The notes: generated by a model from the sequence alone, not told the origin. 64,000 nucleotides of DNA from an uncultured delta proteobacterium (GCA_963845095.1 CAWJQM010000001.1:83881-147880); one strand, 5' to 3'. Positions 32,397 to 45,675 are shown, counted from the stretch's first letter. Translations and numbers: made by a program.

Positions 32397-34093
32397 ATGG
32401 AAAAATCTTTTTACGAACAAAAACCATGGCTTAAAGCATATCCTGCCGATATCCCTCCCGATATAGAAGTTCCGGATACATCCTTAATCGAGAGCTTTGA
32501 TGAAGCGACAGATCGCTGGAAAAAAAGAACGGCGCTCTCTTTTACGGCGCTGAAATTACCTATCAGGATTTAAGGGATAAGGTGGATCGGCTGGCGGCAG
32601 CCTTGCATGATCTCGGCATAAAAAAAGGAGACCGCGTTGCACTGCTGCTCCTGAATTCCCCGGAGTATGTTATCGCTTTTTATGGGTTGATCAAGATAGG
32701 CGCTATTATTACCCCGATCAGCCCGGTCTATGTCTCTAAAGAAGTTAAGCACCAGATAGAGGACAGTGGCGCTACATCCGTCATCTGTCAGGATATTCTT
32801 TATGAGAACCTGGAAAAGGCGGGTCTGCAATTTCAGAATGTAATTTTGTGCAACATTTCCGATTCCCTGCCGAAACTTATGAAATTGATCGGCAAATCCA
32901 TTCTAAAGTCATTTTATCAGAAAATGTCAGCCCCAGCCCCCGACATCTTTCTCCAGAAGGGTTTTTACAAACTGTACGATCTGATCAAATCCCATAAGGC
33001 AGTACCACCAAAAATCGCAATCAACGTAAAGGAAGACATAGTCATGCTCCCTTACACCGGCGGTACGACCGGACAGCCGAAAGGAGTTATGCTGACTCAT
33101 TATAATATGATTTCCGCCTGGGAAATGGTGAGAAGATTCTTTCCGCTGCTGGAAGAGGGAAAAGAAAACGCTCTCGCTTATATGCCTTTTTATCACGCCG
33201 CGGGGCACATTACTTGTGTGATTACCGGAATTCTCCAGGGCTGTACTTCGACGGTTTTGACAAACCCGGACATCGAAGATATCCTGAATTCCATCTCTAA
33301 AAACAGTATTACGCATTTTCTGGGCGCTCCGGCTATATTTGAAACTTTTATTGATCACGAGAAGACCGGTCGGGTAAACTGGAAAAAACTCAAGTATGTC
33401 ATGAGCGGTGCAGATGCCCTCAACGAATCCACAGCGGAGGGTTGGAAAAATCGCGCCGGCATTGATCTGCTGAACGGCTACGGAATGACAGAGACAAGCG
33501 GAACGGGCATTTGCATTCCCGTCGGCGTCAAAAGAAAAGATTCCATCGGCTTGCCCATGTCCGGTACGATGGCGGCGATCGTTGATCCTTTCCAGGATGA
33601 ATATATAGCCGTTGGTGAAATCGGTGAACTGGTAATTGCCGGCCCGGAAGTTACACTCGGCTACTGGAAAAACGAGGCAGCCACGAAAGAATGCGAAGCG
33701 TCTATTAATGGAATACGCTGGTGGCGCACAGGTGATCTGGCTCGAATGGATGAAGAGGGCTTCGTCTACATCTATGACCGCAAGCGCGATCTGATCAAAT
33801 ACAAGGGACTCCGGGTATATGCGCGGGAAGTTGAGGAGGTTCTGTCAACTGATCCTAAAATCAAGGAGGTTGGTGTAATTGGGGTAAAAGACATTAAAGT
33901 CGGCGAAAATGTCAAAGCCTTTGTGGTTTTGGAAGGAGAGGCGCGAGGAAATTTATCGGAGCGGGACATTATAGATTACTGCCAGGATAAATTGGCGCCG
34001 TATAAGATACCCAGGATCATCGAGTTTGTCGGAGAAATTCCGAAAACCGACATCGGCAAAGTATCACGCCGCGAATTAAGAGGACAGGAGTAA
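32397..34093 (+). CDS. Acyl-CoA ligase, long-chain fatty acid-CoA ligase family (frameshift near 32540)
   Basis: YTGGTTGQPKG, GYGMTE, RTGD, YKIPR..GK. Confidence 0.9.
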
Positions 34094-34096
34094 AGC

Positions 34097-34878
34097 ATGG
34101 CTAGACATTTTCTGGAAGTTCAAGGTCTGACGAAGCAGTTCGGGGGGCTCAAAGCTGTTGACAATGTAAGTTTTCATGTGGACCGCAACGAAATCATCGG
34201 CCTGATCGGGCCTAATGGCGCCGGCAAAACGACTACTATGTCCCTGATTACGGGAAAGCTTAAGCCGACAGCCGGGAATGTTTACTTCAAAGACAGAGAT
34301 ATAACGGGCAATCAAATCTGGGATGTGGTCAATGCAGGCATGGCCTCTACTTTTCAAGTAGTTAAGCCTTTCCGCCATTTACCTGTTCTGGCCAATGTTA
34401 TGGTCCCCTGCCTGTCCCCACGGGCGAAAAGAAAAGGTGAATGGGTGAAAAATCTGGAACGCCGGTCGATGGATGCACTGGAATTTTGCGGAATTTCGGA
34501 TTTAGCACTGGAGCCTGCATCAATCTTATCACATGGTGATCTGAAGCGGTTGGAACTGGCTAAGGCTATCGCGACCGAGCCGGAGCTTCTCCTGCTTGAT
34601 GAGCCATTCGGTGGTTTGAATCCTGCGGAAACTTCCCTGATTGCGAAATCACTGAAGCGTTTACGGGAAGGGGGACGCTTCGGCAGACTGCACAGCGAGG
34701 GCCGGCCATGATCATTGTAGAACATAAACTGCATGATTTAATGAAGATCGTGGACCGGGTGGTTGTGATCAGTTTCGGAAAATTATTGGCAATTGGCACG
34801 CCACAGGAGGTGGTTAACAGCCTGGAAGTCATCGAGGCGTATATAGGGAAAAAAGGAGGACAACACCTTGTATCTTGA
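34097..34878 (+). CDS. livG: LIV-type ABC ATPase (frameshift near 34700)
   Basis: [29 protein letters not shown]. Confidence 0.87.
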
Positions 34879-35621
34879 AGTTAAAAATCTGACGGTTCTT
34901 TATGACCGGGGAATGGTGATCAACAATGTCTGTCTTGGTATTGAAAAAGGAGAATTGGTCAGCCTTGTGGTGTGTAAATGGCGCAGGTAAAAGCACCTTC
35001 CTGCGCGCTATGGCTGGGCTGATCAAGTGGGGAAAAAGATACCCTCAAAGGGACGGTGGGAGGCAAAATAACGCTGCAAGGAAGCGTAATCTTCGATAAT
35101 GAAGAAATGATCAATTTGGCGGCACATAATGTTGCCAAAAAGGGTTTGATTATTATTGCCCGGAAAGAGGGCGTCCCCTTGCTGAAATGACCGTACTGGA
35201 GAATCTCGAAGCCGGCGCCTATCTTATAAATGACAAGCATGTCTTTAATGAAAGTCTGGAAAAGGTATTTCATCTCTTTCCGATATTGAAAGAAAGAGCA
35301 AAACAGGTATCGGGAACATTATCCGGCGGGGAGCGCACTATGCTTTCCGTAGGAAGGTCTCTGATGAGTCAGGCCAAGCTTCTTCTCATCGACGAACCTT
35401 CGGTAAGACTGGCGCCCAAAGTCAAAGAAGAACTTTTTGGGCGTATTAGAGATGTCCACAAATTGGGAATCACAATTTTTATGACCGAACAGGATGTCAG
35501 TTTCGCCTTTGATCTAGCGTCCCGCAATTACGTTCTTTCCCGGGGGAAGATAATTGCGGAAGGCCGGGCTGAGCAGCTTATCGAAGATGAAATCCTCAGA
35601 GAGACTTACCTGGGGCTCTGA
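34868..35621 (+). CDS. livF: LIV-type ABC ATPase (several frameshifts)
   Basis: NGAGKST, MTVLENL, LSGGERTM, IDEPS, YLGL. Confidence 0.82.
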
Positions 35622-35689
35622 AGTTAAACACTTGCCTTTGATCATCTACAAACAAGACCTGGCCAAAACTGCGGTTTGTTAATTTTTGG

Positions 35690-36816
<1,127 letters not shown>

Positions 36817-36944
36817 AGATTATCCTTATGATGATGTTATGTGATTATCTGTAGATATACGCCGTAAGCTCTGAAGATGTCAAACAATTTTCCAGAAGGA
36901 TGCGCTTTTGTCCTTTTGATGGGCACCCCTTTCTGGCGTCGGTG

Positions 36945-36973
36945 TTGACAGCGGCCGGCCTAATGGCTATAAT
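36945..36973 (+). promoter_or_regulatory. Consensus sigma70 promoter
   Basis: TTGACA-17 nt-TATAAT, exact match. Confidence 0.85.
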
Positions 36974-37007
36974 GATAGCAGATTCAATAATCTTATAAAG
37001 GTGCTTT

Positions 37008-37547
37008 ATGGTTCGCTATTTTAATGCAGCGCAGATACCGTTGGCCAACAAAGCATTTAACGATGCCGAGAAGCTGGTTGCGCGCAATTTTAGAATAAGC
37101 GAAGAGCAGTTGAAAAAAAGCAGATACGATGTAAAAACACTTGCGCATTTGGAGCAACATGAAATAAAGGAAGGCGCTTTTGCTCATCTTTGCAAGTATG
37201 CTTATGGGAAGCCTGCTGATTTCGCGCAAAAGGATAATGAGGGCTTTGATTTTTATCGAATCTGCCTGCAGGACAATATTATTCTGGATGCAGTGGAGAG
37301 GGCCAATTCTTTTATCAAGTTTAATCCCTTGATGCTTTATATCGCCGCCCATGAATTAATTCATGTTTTGCGTTTCAGCAGCGGCGAGATTGACTTTGAT
37401 GCATCACTGGAAAAGAAGGAGCAGGAAGAGGCCATTGTGCACAATTTAACCAAAATCGCTCTGCAATCGGTCAAGCATCACGATTTGGATATAGTCTTGG
37501 ACTGCTTTAACAGCAGTTTTGATATTTCCAATTTATATAATCAGTAA
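37008..37547 (+). CDS. Hypothetical protein with HExxH motif
   Basis: YIAAHELIHVLRF...QEE. Confidence 0.75.
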   Translation: MVRYFNAAQIPLANKAFNDAEKLVARNFRISEEQLKKSRYDVKTLAHLEQHEIKEGAFAHLCKYAYGKPADFAQKDNEGFDFYRICLQDNIILDAVERANSFIKFNPLMLYIAAHELIHVLRFSSGEIDFDASLEKKEQEEAIVHNLTKIALQSVKHHDLDIVLDCFNSSFDISNLYNQ

Positions 37548-37569
37548 TAATGAAGGAGGTTTTTTTGTT

Positions 37570-37863
37570 ATGCCAATTTATGAATACAAATGCCGGAAAT
37601 GCGGCAGGCAGTTCGAAGCATTTCAGGGCATCACCGATCCGGAATTAAAGAGCTGCAAATTCTGCAAAGGCAAGGTCAACAAGCTTGTTTCCATATCGTC
37701 ATTCAGCCTGAAAGGCTCAGGATGGTACGCAACAGACTACGGCGGGAAAAAATCACCGGCACCGGCTACTGCCGCGACGGCAAGTGAAACAACGTCACCA
37801 TGCTGAAAAAGTCAGCTCTCCGGCGAAGCGGCGAGCACCGCAACAACCGGCAAGGAAGACTAG
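37570..37863 (+). CDS. FmdB-family zinc ribbon protein (3' end uncertain)
   Basis: MPIYEYKCRKCG..CKFC..FSLKGSGWYATDY. Confidence 0.88.
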
Positions 37864-37886
37864 AGTTTATTGATCAGATAGCAGGG

Positions 37887-37919
37887 AAAAAGGCAGCGCC
37901 GGAAACGCTGCCTTTTTTT
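37887..37919. terminator. Bidirectional intrinsic terminator
   Basis: AAAAAGGCAGCG/CGCTGCCTTTTT between convergent genes. Confidence 0.8.
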
Positions 37920-37926
37920 GGGCATT

Positions 37927-38965
37927 TTACAAGGTCGTAAAATAGGGCTGAAGTTCCCGGCACAATTCCTCCGGCACAACCGGGCAAATGACTTCATTAT
38001 GCAGTTTTTCAAAATAATTAATATCACTTGTCCCCAGGGGATTGATTTCAAAACGCGGCACAATTTTGCCCTGCACCCAGAAGTGCTTATCATTGATCAG
38101 CGGAGCATACAGGGACATATTAAAACTCATAAAATTATTCAAATATAAGTAGTTGAAAATTTTAGACAGCCCTCTCAGCAGTTCATCAAAATTAGCCTCC
38201 GTCAATTCAAAAAAAGATGATTTTTCCTGAAAAATAAAATCAATTTCCCCCGCCATGCCCTTTGGCGCAAAGCTGACCAGCCAGCTGATCGCTCCCGTGG
38301 AGGCAATAAATCTTTCCTGAGCTTCTCTTTCCTGAATAATTAAATTCCGCCATAAATTACCTCCCGAGGCCTCAGCATACTTTTGAGCACTGGTCAGAAG
38401 GCGCTGCACCAGGTTCGAGGGTTTGAAGCCCGCCATTGTCTGCAAATGCGGATGAATCAGACCCCCACCGCTGGGCGGCATATAATTCCAGTTAATCGAA
38501 CAATGTTTATAACCCAAATTCATTTGGGCGACGCGGTGAAAATAGTCGCCGCACACTTTGAAATCCTTTCTGCATAAACGCCGGTGTTAATTCGTCCAGA
38601 GGAACAAAATGCCGCGCTGAAAATATGGCAATGGAATTGTTCTGATCATAAGGAAAGGCATTAGGGAATAAATAGGCCTCGTCGCGCTGAAACTTTCCTG
38701 CGGGAAGAATATCCGGGATAAATTTTGGCGTCAGCTTTTCAAAAAGGCCGGGGCAAAAAGGACAGAGCGATTCCGGTGATTTTCCCAGATAGGAATCGAT
38801 ATCCGGTTTTTGGGCGAGTCGGACGCGATAAGGCAAAATACGGCTGGAAACGCCGGTAATTTCATCGTACCTTACTTCGAAGTTGACTTGTTTCTCCTGA
38901 AAGTTATTAAAAGGGTCAAGGTAACGGCCGATTGCTGTTTCTTTTTTAAATCCGATTTCTTTCAT
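37927..38965 (-). CDS. Galactose-1-phosphate uridylyltransferase-like protein (frameshift near 38560)
   Basis: CPFCP, FPNAFPY, NY.PPSGGGLIHPHLQ. Confidence 0.82.
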
Positions 38966-40011
38966 TCAATTCCCCTTTCCGGTTTTGCTTTCTGGATATT
39001 CTGGAGATTTTCGATAAGAAACTGATCGACTTTTTGCTGCGATAAGTCCGCGTTGAGCTGCTCACTCAGAACCGCCAGGGGAATTTCCATGCGGGCCGCG
39101 CTTCTGTGTCCTCCGCCATTGCCGTATGAACCGAAGGCTTTTTGGGCCAGCGCCCCGCAATCCTGCCGATAACCGTCGCCCCGAAAAGTGATAATGAGCT
39201 TGTCTTTAACTATTCCGGCAACGACGACGTAATAAGTCCCGATTAACCGCAGGTAGAAATCGGCTACCTGTACACAAACATCCGGGCTTTCTATTGTTCC
39301 CAGAAAGCAAACCCGGCGACCGCGAAAATTATTCATGTGATGGAAGGCCTGGTCAAAATATTTTAAATACCGGCCAGGGGTTTGATTGAGTTCGATCCGG
39401 CGGATCAACTGCATATTGGCGTATTTCATATGATAGGTGTATGCGCTGATATCTTCAGAAATCGTGTCGCGGTCGAAGTTGTCGGTATCTGTCTTAATCC
39501 CATAAAGGAGGGCAGTATGCAGCAGACGGGAAATCTTGATATCTGCACAGAGCAGATATTCCGTCATTATACTCGACAACGCCCCATACTTGGGGCGGAT
39601 GTCTGTCACCGGAGCTTGCCAGTCGCCCTCGCGCGGATGATGATCGAAAACCATATGCGGTTGCAGAAAGCTTAATATGCCATCGAGAAAAGAAGGTTGA
39701 GCATCGACCAGGGCGATCAAACGATAGGAAGCTAAATCTACATTACTTGCCAATTGGATATTAATCCGCATGGAAAAGATAAAATCGTAATTCTGCTGCC
39801 TGGAGACCGGCTCCGTAGAAGCAATAACAGTCCGGGCCAGTCCGCGAGTCCGCCTCAGCAATTCTTGCAGAGCCATCGCCGAGGCAACGGAATCGGGATC
39901 GGGGCTCCCGTAAAGCAGCACGAGCAGGGAATCATCAGGCACAGCAAGATCCAGCAGCTTTGCCCAATTCAGCTCTGTTTCTCTTTTGATGAGAATCGAT
40001 TCTTTGTTCAT
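38962..40011 (-). CDS. DHH-family phosphoesterase
   Basis: PDPDSVAS, VFDHHP, GIKTDT, GGGHRSAA. Confidence 0.9.
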   Translation of the reverse strand: MNKESILIKRETELNWAKLLDLAVPDDSLLVLLYGSPDPDSVASAMALQELLRRTRGLARTVIASTEPVSRQQNYDFIFSMRINIQLASNVDLASYRLIALVDAQPSFLDGILSFLQPHMVFDHHPREGDWQAPVTDIRPKYGALSSIMTEYLLCADIKISRLLHTALLYGIKTDTDNFDRDTISEDISAYTYHMKYANMQLIRRIELNQTPGRYLKYFDQAFHHMNNFRGRRVCFLGTIESPDVCVQVADFYLRLIGTYYVVVAGIVKDKLIITFRGDGYRQDCGALAQKAFGSYGNGGGHRSAARMEIPLAVLSEQLNADLSQQKVDQFLIENLQNIQKAKPERGIE

Positions 40012-40033
40012 GAAATTAAGGCTGCCTGCCAAT

Positions 40034-41086
40034 TCAGTAAATAAATATCCTGCCCGGATGATCTGCAACAACTTCGCCGACAATAGCCGCAGCAGGAATT
40101 CCGGCGTCATGCATTTTTTCTACCAGGGGTAAGGCCTGCTCCGCCGGCACACTGAAGAAAAGACCGCCGGCAGTTTGAGGATCAAAAAAAACATCCAGCA
40201 GCCACGCGGGACATGCATCTCCGGCTTCGATCTGAGCAATACGAAACTCTTTATTGCGGTACAGACCGCCGGGGACCAAGCCTGCCTCGACTAATTCTTT
40301 TAATCCGCTAAACAGGGGAACGGCTGCCGAGTTTATACGCAAGCCGACAGCGCTGCCCTCGATCATTTCACAGGCGTGGCCTAAAAGGCCAAAGCCGGTT
40401 ATATCGGTGCAGGCGTGAATGCTGCCATTTTCCGCAGCCAGCTCGGCGGCTTTCTTGTTAAGCTGGGTCATGGAATTTATGGATTGCTGCAGCAGTTGCG
40501 GATCGATTTCACCGCCTTTGGCGGCGGTGCTCGCAATTCCGGTGCCCAGGGGCTTGGTTAAAATAAGACTGTCTCCGGCAATGGCTCCGCGGTTAAACAA
40601 AACTTTATCCGGATGAATCACACCGGTTACAGAAAGGCCGTACTTGATTTCACTATCTTCGACGCTATGACCGCCAACCAGCAAAACACCGGCCTCACGC
40701 ATTTTATCCAGGCCGCCGCGCAGAACATCACGCAATATGCCGATGTCCATTTCTTTAACCGGGAAACAAACAATGTTCATTGCCGTCAGCGGTTTGCCGC
40801 CCATGGCATAAACATCATTGAGGGCGTTTGTCGCCGCTATCTGGCCGAAGGTATAAGGATCATCAACCGTAGGAGTAAAAAAATCAACCGTCTGCACCAG
40901 GGCAAGTTCCGGGCTTATTTTATAAACCCCGGCGTCTTCCGCGTGTTCAATTCCCGTAATTAAATTCGGATCAGTGATCAGCGGCAAATCGCGCAAAGCT
41001 TCTTTCAGGTCGCCCGGACCTATCTTACAGGCTCAACCCGCGCCGTGCACTGTTTCCGTTAACCGGATAAATTTTTTTTCGTTCAT
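40034..41086 (-). CDS. selD: Selenide, water dikinase with selenocysteine at codon 18
   Basis: MNEKKFIRLTETVHGAG-UGA-ACKIGPGDL continues in frame into EDAGVY, QTVDFFTP, DITGFGLLGH, DPQTAGGL. Confidence 0.95.
41007..41021 (-). promoter_or_regulatory. Bacterial SECIS hairpin of selD
   Basis: AGGUC-CGGGC-GACCU begins 11 nt after the UGA (41035-41033). Confidence 0.7.
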
Positions 41087-41286
41087 TTTCCCCAGGCCAA
41101 TTATCTAAGGCGCAAATTCTCCTCCGCAATGCCTCGTCGTTATTTTTAACACACCCAGGCTTATTTTCCAACCGGAAATGCTGGAGCTCGATAATTTTCC
41201 ATTGTCGATAAGCGCTCTCTGTTTTTCATTGATTTATTTTTCACAATAAGTTTTAAGGGAAGAAAGAATTTCCCAAAAGGACCAGT

Positions 41287-42673
41287 ATGCCTATTCGTTA
41301 CTACAGCACTAATCGCCATTTAACCGATACAGCGGGAATCATTCCTTTTACCGGTGCTGTTTCGTTTAAAGATGCCCTGCTTGCCGGACAGGCGCCGGAT
41401 GAAGGATTATTTGTGCCTGATGCCATCCCGCAACTTTCTCTTAAGGATATTCATGCCTTAAAGGGCAAACCATACCGGGAAGCGGCACTGCTCGTGGCCC
41501 AGGCATTTCTTGCTGATGAATTTCCCCGCGAAGTTTTAATGAAGGTTGTTTATGACGCCTATAACTATCCGGTGCCCCTGGAAGAAGTATATCCGCAAGC
41601 TTTCCTGATGCGCCTGGATCACGGGCCGACGGCATCTTTCAAGGATTTTGCGGCGCGCATGATGGCGCGGCTGATGAGCCACTGCCGCCCGCAGGGAGAA
41701 AGGCTCAACATTCTTGTGGCCACTTCCGGCGACACCGGCAGCGCTGTCGGTGAAGCTTTCCGGGGCGTGGCGGGCATTGATGTTACCATTCTTTATCCGA
41801 CCGCGGAAGTGAGCTTAAGGCAAAAGAAAGCAGCTCGACACAATCGGCGGCAATGTTCAGGCGCTTTCGATTGACGGCAAATTTGACGATTGTCAGAATT
41901 TAGTCAAACAGGCATTTTCCGACCCGCAACTGACAAAATTTAATTTGACATCGGCCAACTCGATCAATTTCGGCCGGATTCTGCCCCAGAGCATTTATTA
42001 TGTTTATGCTTATGCGCAGCTGGCCGCACCCGGAGAAGAAATAGTATTTTCGGTGCCTTCGGGTAATTTCGGCAACGCTCTGGGCTGCGAGTACGCGCGG
42101 CGGATGGGTTTGCCTGTTGCCAAACTGCTGATGCCAACCAACGAAAACGATGAATTCCCTAATTATCTCCGGACAGGAAAATACACGAAAGTTGCCCCCT
42201 CCCGGGATTGCATCTCCAATGCAATGAATGTAGGACATCCCAGCAATCTGGCGCGTTTTTTCGAGTTATACGGCGGCACCGTCGATCGCAGCGGTGTTGT
42301 CCACCGCTATCCCAACATTGCAGAAATGCGGCAGCATATTTTTTCGGTAAGTATTGCTGACGATGAGACCAGGCAGACTATTAAAAACATTTATGAACTC
42401 TATAAGATTGTTCTGGAGCAGCACGGAGCGGTCGGCTGGGCCGGGCTTATGGCATACCGGAAAATGACCGCGGATAAGCATTTAGCCGTGTCCCTCGAAA
42501 CAGCTCATCCGGCCAAATTCCCGGAAGAGATTGAAAAGCTGTTAGGCTTTTCCCCGGAACTTCCCGCCAGCATGCAGGACATAGATCAACGCAAAGGTGA
42601 CGCTTTGGCCATGAGCAGCAACTATGAGAATTTTAGAAAATACCTGCAAGGTAATTTAAAAATCAAAGAATAA
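41287..42673 (+). CDS. thrC: Threonine synthase (frameshift near 41825)
   Basis: HGPTASFKDF, ATSGDTG, SANSINFGR, VPSGNFGN, ETAHPAKF. Confidence 0.93.
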
Positions 42674-42717
42674 TGGCTATTGTGCTGAGTTATTCTTGGC
42701 CTCTTCAGGAATAACGG

Positions 42718-42903
42718 CTATTTTTTCTCATCTTCTTTTTTAGCGGGTGAATTGGCGGAATCAGTGTCTCCGCTCACTGACTTCTTAAAATTTTTAATAC
42801 CCTTGCCCAGTGCTGAGCCAATTTCCGGCAACTTACCGACGCCAAAAATAATCACTACAATAACCAATATTATCAACAGTTCCGGCACACCTATTCCAAA
42901 CAT
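42718..42903 (-). CDS. tatA: Twin-arginine translocase subunit
   Basis: [41 protein letters not shown]. Confidence 0.95.
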   Translation of the reverse strand: MFGIGVPELLIILVIVVIIFGVGKLPEIGSALGKGIKNFKKSVSGDTDSANSPAKKEDEKK

Positions 42904-42929
42904 TTTATCACCTCATTGAAACATTTTAT

Positions 42930-43796
42930 TTATGGTAGTTGCAAATGGATAACTTCACCCGGCTTGCCCAGATTTTCGACGGTTTTCCCTTTAAACTGCA
43001 TTGTTATGCCACCGGCATTACCGATATCCAATTCAAAGACGGAGCCGGTGCGTTTAATTTCCTCTCCCGGCTTCAAAAGGACTTGAAACGGTGGATTTTG
43101 ATCAATCCTTATTCTCAGCCATGCTTCTTCCGTTGCCTTAATCACCAGAAGATCGGTTCCTGCGCTGATTACGCCCGTTGCTTTTTTTTCCACTAACGGC
43201 AAGCCTTGCCCGGGGGGAATAATTACCGCAGCGGTGCTTTTTTGTTGCGGCGGCGCGGATTGGTCGTTTCCGCCGCAGGCTTCGTAATAGTTTTGGCCTG
43301 CACCGCCTGTTCCGAAGGATTTTCCGGCGTGCTTACGGCGGGCTGGGGCGCCGCGGGGATAATTGACGGCGGTGGTACGACAACCGAAGGCGCAGGTTCC
43401 TGTCGTAGAAAAATAATAAGGGCAACAACAATAACGGCAATTATAATGGAGGCCGCCGCTATAGATACTTTGTACGGAGCAATTCTCTTGATCAAAGGCT
43501 CGGGGCGGTTCCATTTCCGGCAGTGGTGTCTGGATGGCCTGGAGTGAAGTCAGATAAGCTTCGTAACTGTCCAGGAGCGGCTTGCTGTCCAAATTCAGCG
43601 CCCGGGCATAAGATTTAATAAAATTTTTCGAGTAGATCGGAGCGGGGAGATGGCAAAAAGCACCGTTTTCTATGGCTTCCAGATTAATCAGGCTGATCCG
43701 GGTCAGAGCGGAGATGTCTTGCAGTGTAAGCCGTAAAGTTTCTCTTTTTGCCTTCAGACCTAAAAAATCGTCAGGGGTGTCTTTTTCTGGACTCAT
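42930..43796 (-). CDS. rodZ: RodZ-like protein (HTH-TM-DUF4115-type), internal frameshifts
   Basis: LKAKRE..LTLQDIS..LEAIENG..FIKSYA; C-terminal IGNAGGI..LGKPGEV. Confidence 0.8.
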   Translation of the reverse strand: MSPEKDTPDDFLGLKAKRETLRLTLQDISALTRISLINLEAIENGAFCHLPAPIYSKNFIKSYARALNLDSKPLLDSYEAYLTSLQAIQTPLPEMEPPRAFDQENCSVQSIYSGGLHYNCRYCCCPYYFSTTGTCAFGCRTTAVNYPRGAPARRKHAGKSFGTGGAGQNYYEACGGNDQSAPPQQKSTAAVIIPPGQGLPLVEKKATGVISAGTDLLVIKATEEAWLRIRIDQNPPFQVLLKPGEEIKRTGSVFELDIGNAGGITMQFKGKTVENLGKPGEVIHLQLP

Positions 43797-43958
43797 ACTT
43801 AGAATCACTAACAAAAATATTTATTTGGCGTTGTTTAGCATTTATTCCGGTGAAGCGCAACTTTTTATAAAAGAAAGCCAACCATTTTAATCCTTTATAT
43901 TCCTGAAAAAGTTTATTACAAGCACTATCTCAATCATTGAAAAAGGAGTGATTCTTCC

Positions 43959-44738
43959 ATGCATCAAATGAAAGATTTTGCCGTGAAATTAGCCCGGGAA
44001 GCAGGCGCTTTATTAATGGAAAAATTCGATCAATCCATTGCCGTATCTTACAAAGGCGATATTAACCTGGTGACCGAAGCCGATAAAATGTCGGAAAACT
44101 TAATTATTGCGGCAATCCGACAAAACTTTCCCGACTCCGGAATTCTCGCCGAGGAATCTCCGGCGATTCCCGGCTCTTCCCTGCGCTGGATCATTGACCC
44201 TCTGGACGGCACCACTAATTATGCCCATGGCTATCCTGTTTTTTGTGTTTCTATTGCCCTGGAAAAAGACGGGGTGGTAGTATTGGGGGTGATTTATGAT
44301 CCGACTCGCCGGGACACCTTTACCGCTGTGCGCGGCAATGGAGCATATTTAAATGACAAAAGAATCGCTGTATCACAAACATCCGATCTGAACAGAAGCC
44401 TGCTGGCCACCGGTTTTCCTTATGACATCAGGGACAGTAAAGAAAATAATATCAATTATTTCAATGTGATGGCAAAAGAAGTGCAGGCGATACGGCGCGC
44501 GGGAGCGGCGGCCCTGGATATGGCCTACGTTGCTGCCGGCCGCTTTGACGGCTTCTGGGAACTGAAGCTTCAACCGTGGGATGTGGCTGCGGGCGGTTTG
44601 TTGATCGAAGAAGCGGGCGGAGAAATAACAGAAATTACGGGCAGTTCCTGGAATATACTGTCGCCGAATATCCTTGCTTCCAATGGCCGGATTCATCAAT
44701 CAATGATTGCTGTATTGCAGAGAGCTGCCGCCGGTTGA
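43959..44738 (+). CDS. suhB: Inositol monophosphatase family protein
   Basis: WIIDPLDGTTNY, WDVAAG. Confidence 0.92.
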   Translation: MHQMKDFAVKLAREAGALLMEKFDQSIAVSYKGDINLVTEADKMSENLIIAAIRQNFPDSGILAEESPAIPGSSLRWIIDPLDGTTNYAHGYPVFCVSIALEKDGVVVLGVIYDPTRRDTFTAVRGNGAYLNDKRIAVSQTSDLNRSLLATGFPYDIRDSKENNINYFNVMAKEVQAIRRAGAAALDMAYVAAGRFDGFWELKLQPWDVAAGGLLIEEAGGEITEITGSSWNILSPNILASNGRIHQSMIAVLQRAAAG

Positions 44739-44935
44739 GGCCAAGGACCTGTTCAGGCTCTTTCGGATGCATCAGGTTTATGCGGACAGTTTTTTCATCG
44801 GCAGAAATAAATCATGGTAGAATTCCTGCTGAAGATGTATAGGTATCCAGTGCGAAGCAATCCGGTATTTTTTTATCAGGCCATTAATCTGCCCTTGGGT
44901 AGCAAACCAACGGCTCCGGAAAGAAGGAAAGAACT

Positions 44936-45586
44936 ATGACTATCAAAATACGAGAATATTTTAATTTCTATTCTCATCTGGCCGGAGCGATTGCGGCAGC
45001 GGTCGGCACTGTATTTTTAGGGCTGGTTGCCTGCTATTCATCATCCGCGTTGATCACTTCCCTCATCTATGGAATATCGGTGGTTTTTCTGTTTTTAGCG
45101 AGTTCATTATACCACGCCTTCAAGAAAGAGGAAAATGAGCTGTCCTTCTGGAGAAGAATGGACCGCTTTGCCATCTTTTGCATGATCGCCGGCACCTATA
45201 CGCCCATCTGTTATATGTTTCTGGATGGTTACTGGCGCTGGTCCATGATCGCTATCCAATGGGGACTTGTGGGATTCGGCCTTGTCTCGCAACTATTTTT
45301 CCCCCGTGCACCGCGGGTTCTATATGCCCTGATATATTTCATCATGGGCGGGCTAGCGTTCATTCCGATCAAGCAGATGCTTGCCTATATGACCGTTGCG
45401 CAGGGGGTTCTGTTGTTTGCCGGCGGTGTTTTTTTCTCAGTGGGCGGTTTAATCTATGCAACAAAGAAACCGCGGCTTGTACCTGGTGTTTTCAGCTTTC
45501 ATGAATTGTTTCACATCATGGTCCTGATTGGCGGCGGGCTTCACTACGCGATGATTTACATAGTATATTTAAATCAGGTTGTCTGA
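44936..45586 (+). CDS. Hemolysin III / PAQR family membrane protein
   Basis: SSLYH, IAGTYTP, HELFH. Confidence 0.9.
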   Translation: MTIKIREYFNFYSHLAGAIAAAVGTVFLGLVACYSSSALITSLIYGISVVFLFLASSLYHAFKKEENELSFWRRMDRFAIFCMIAGTYTPICYMFLDGYWRWSMIAIQWGLVGFGLVSQLFFPRAPRVLYALIYFIMGGLAFIPIKQMLAYMTVAQGVLLFAGGVFFSVGGLIYATKKPRLVPGVFSFHELFHIMVLIGGGLHYAMIYIVYLNQVV

Positions 45587-45675
45587 TGGCAAGAAAGATT
45601 TTGCAGATGCCGGCCTTCACTGCATCAGCCCCTGGTATGGAATGATGTTAGTCTCAGCACGAATGTAAGCGCCTG

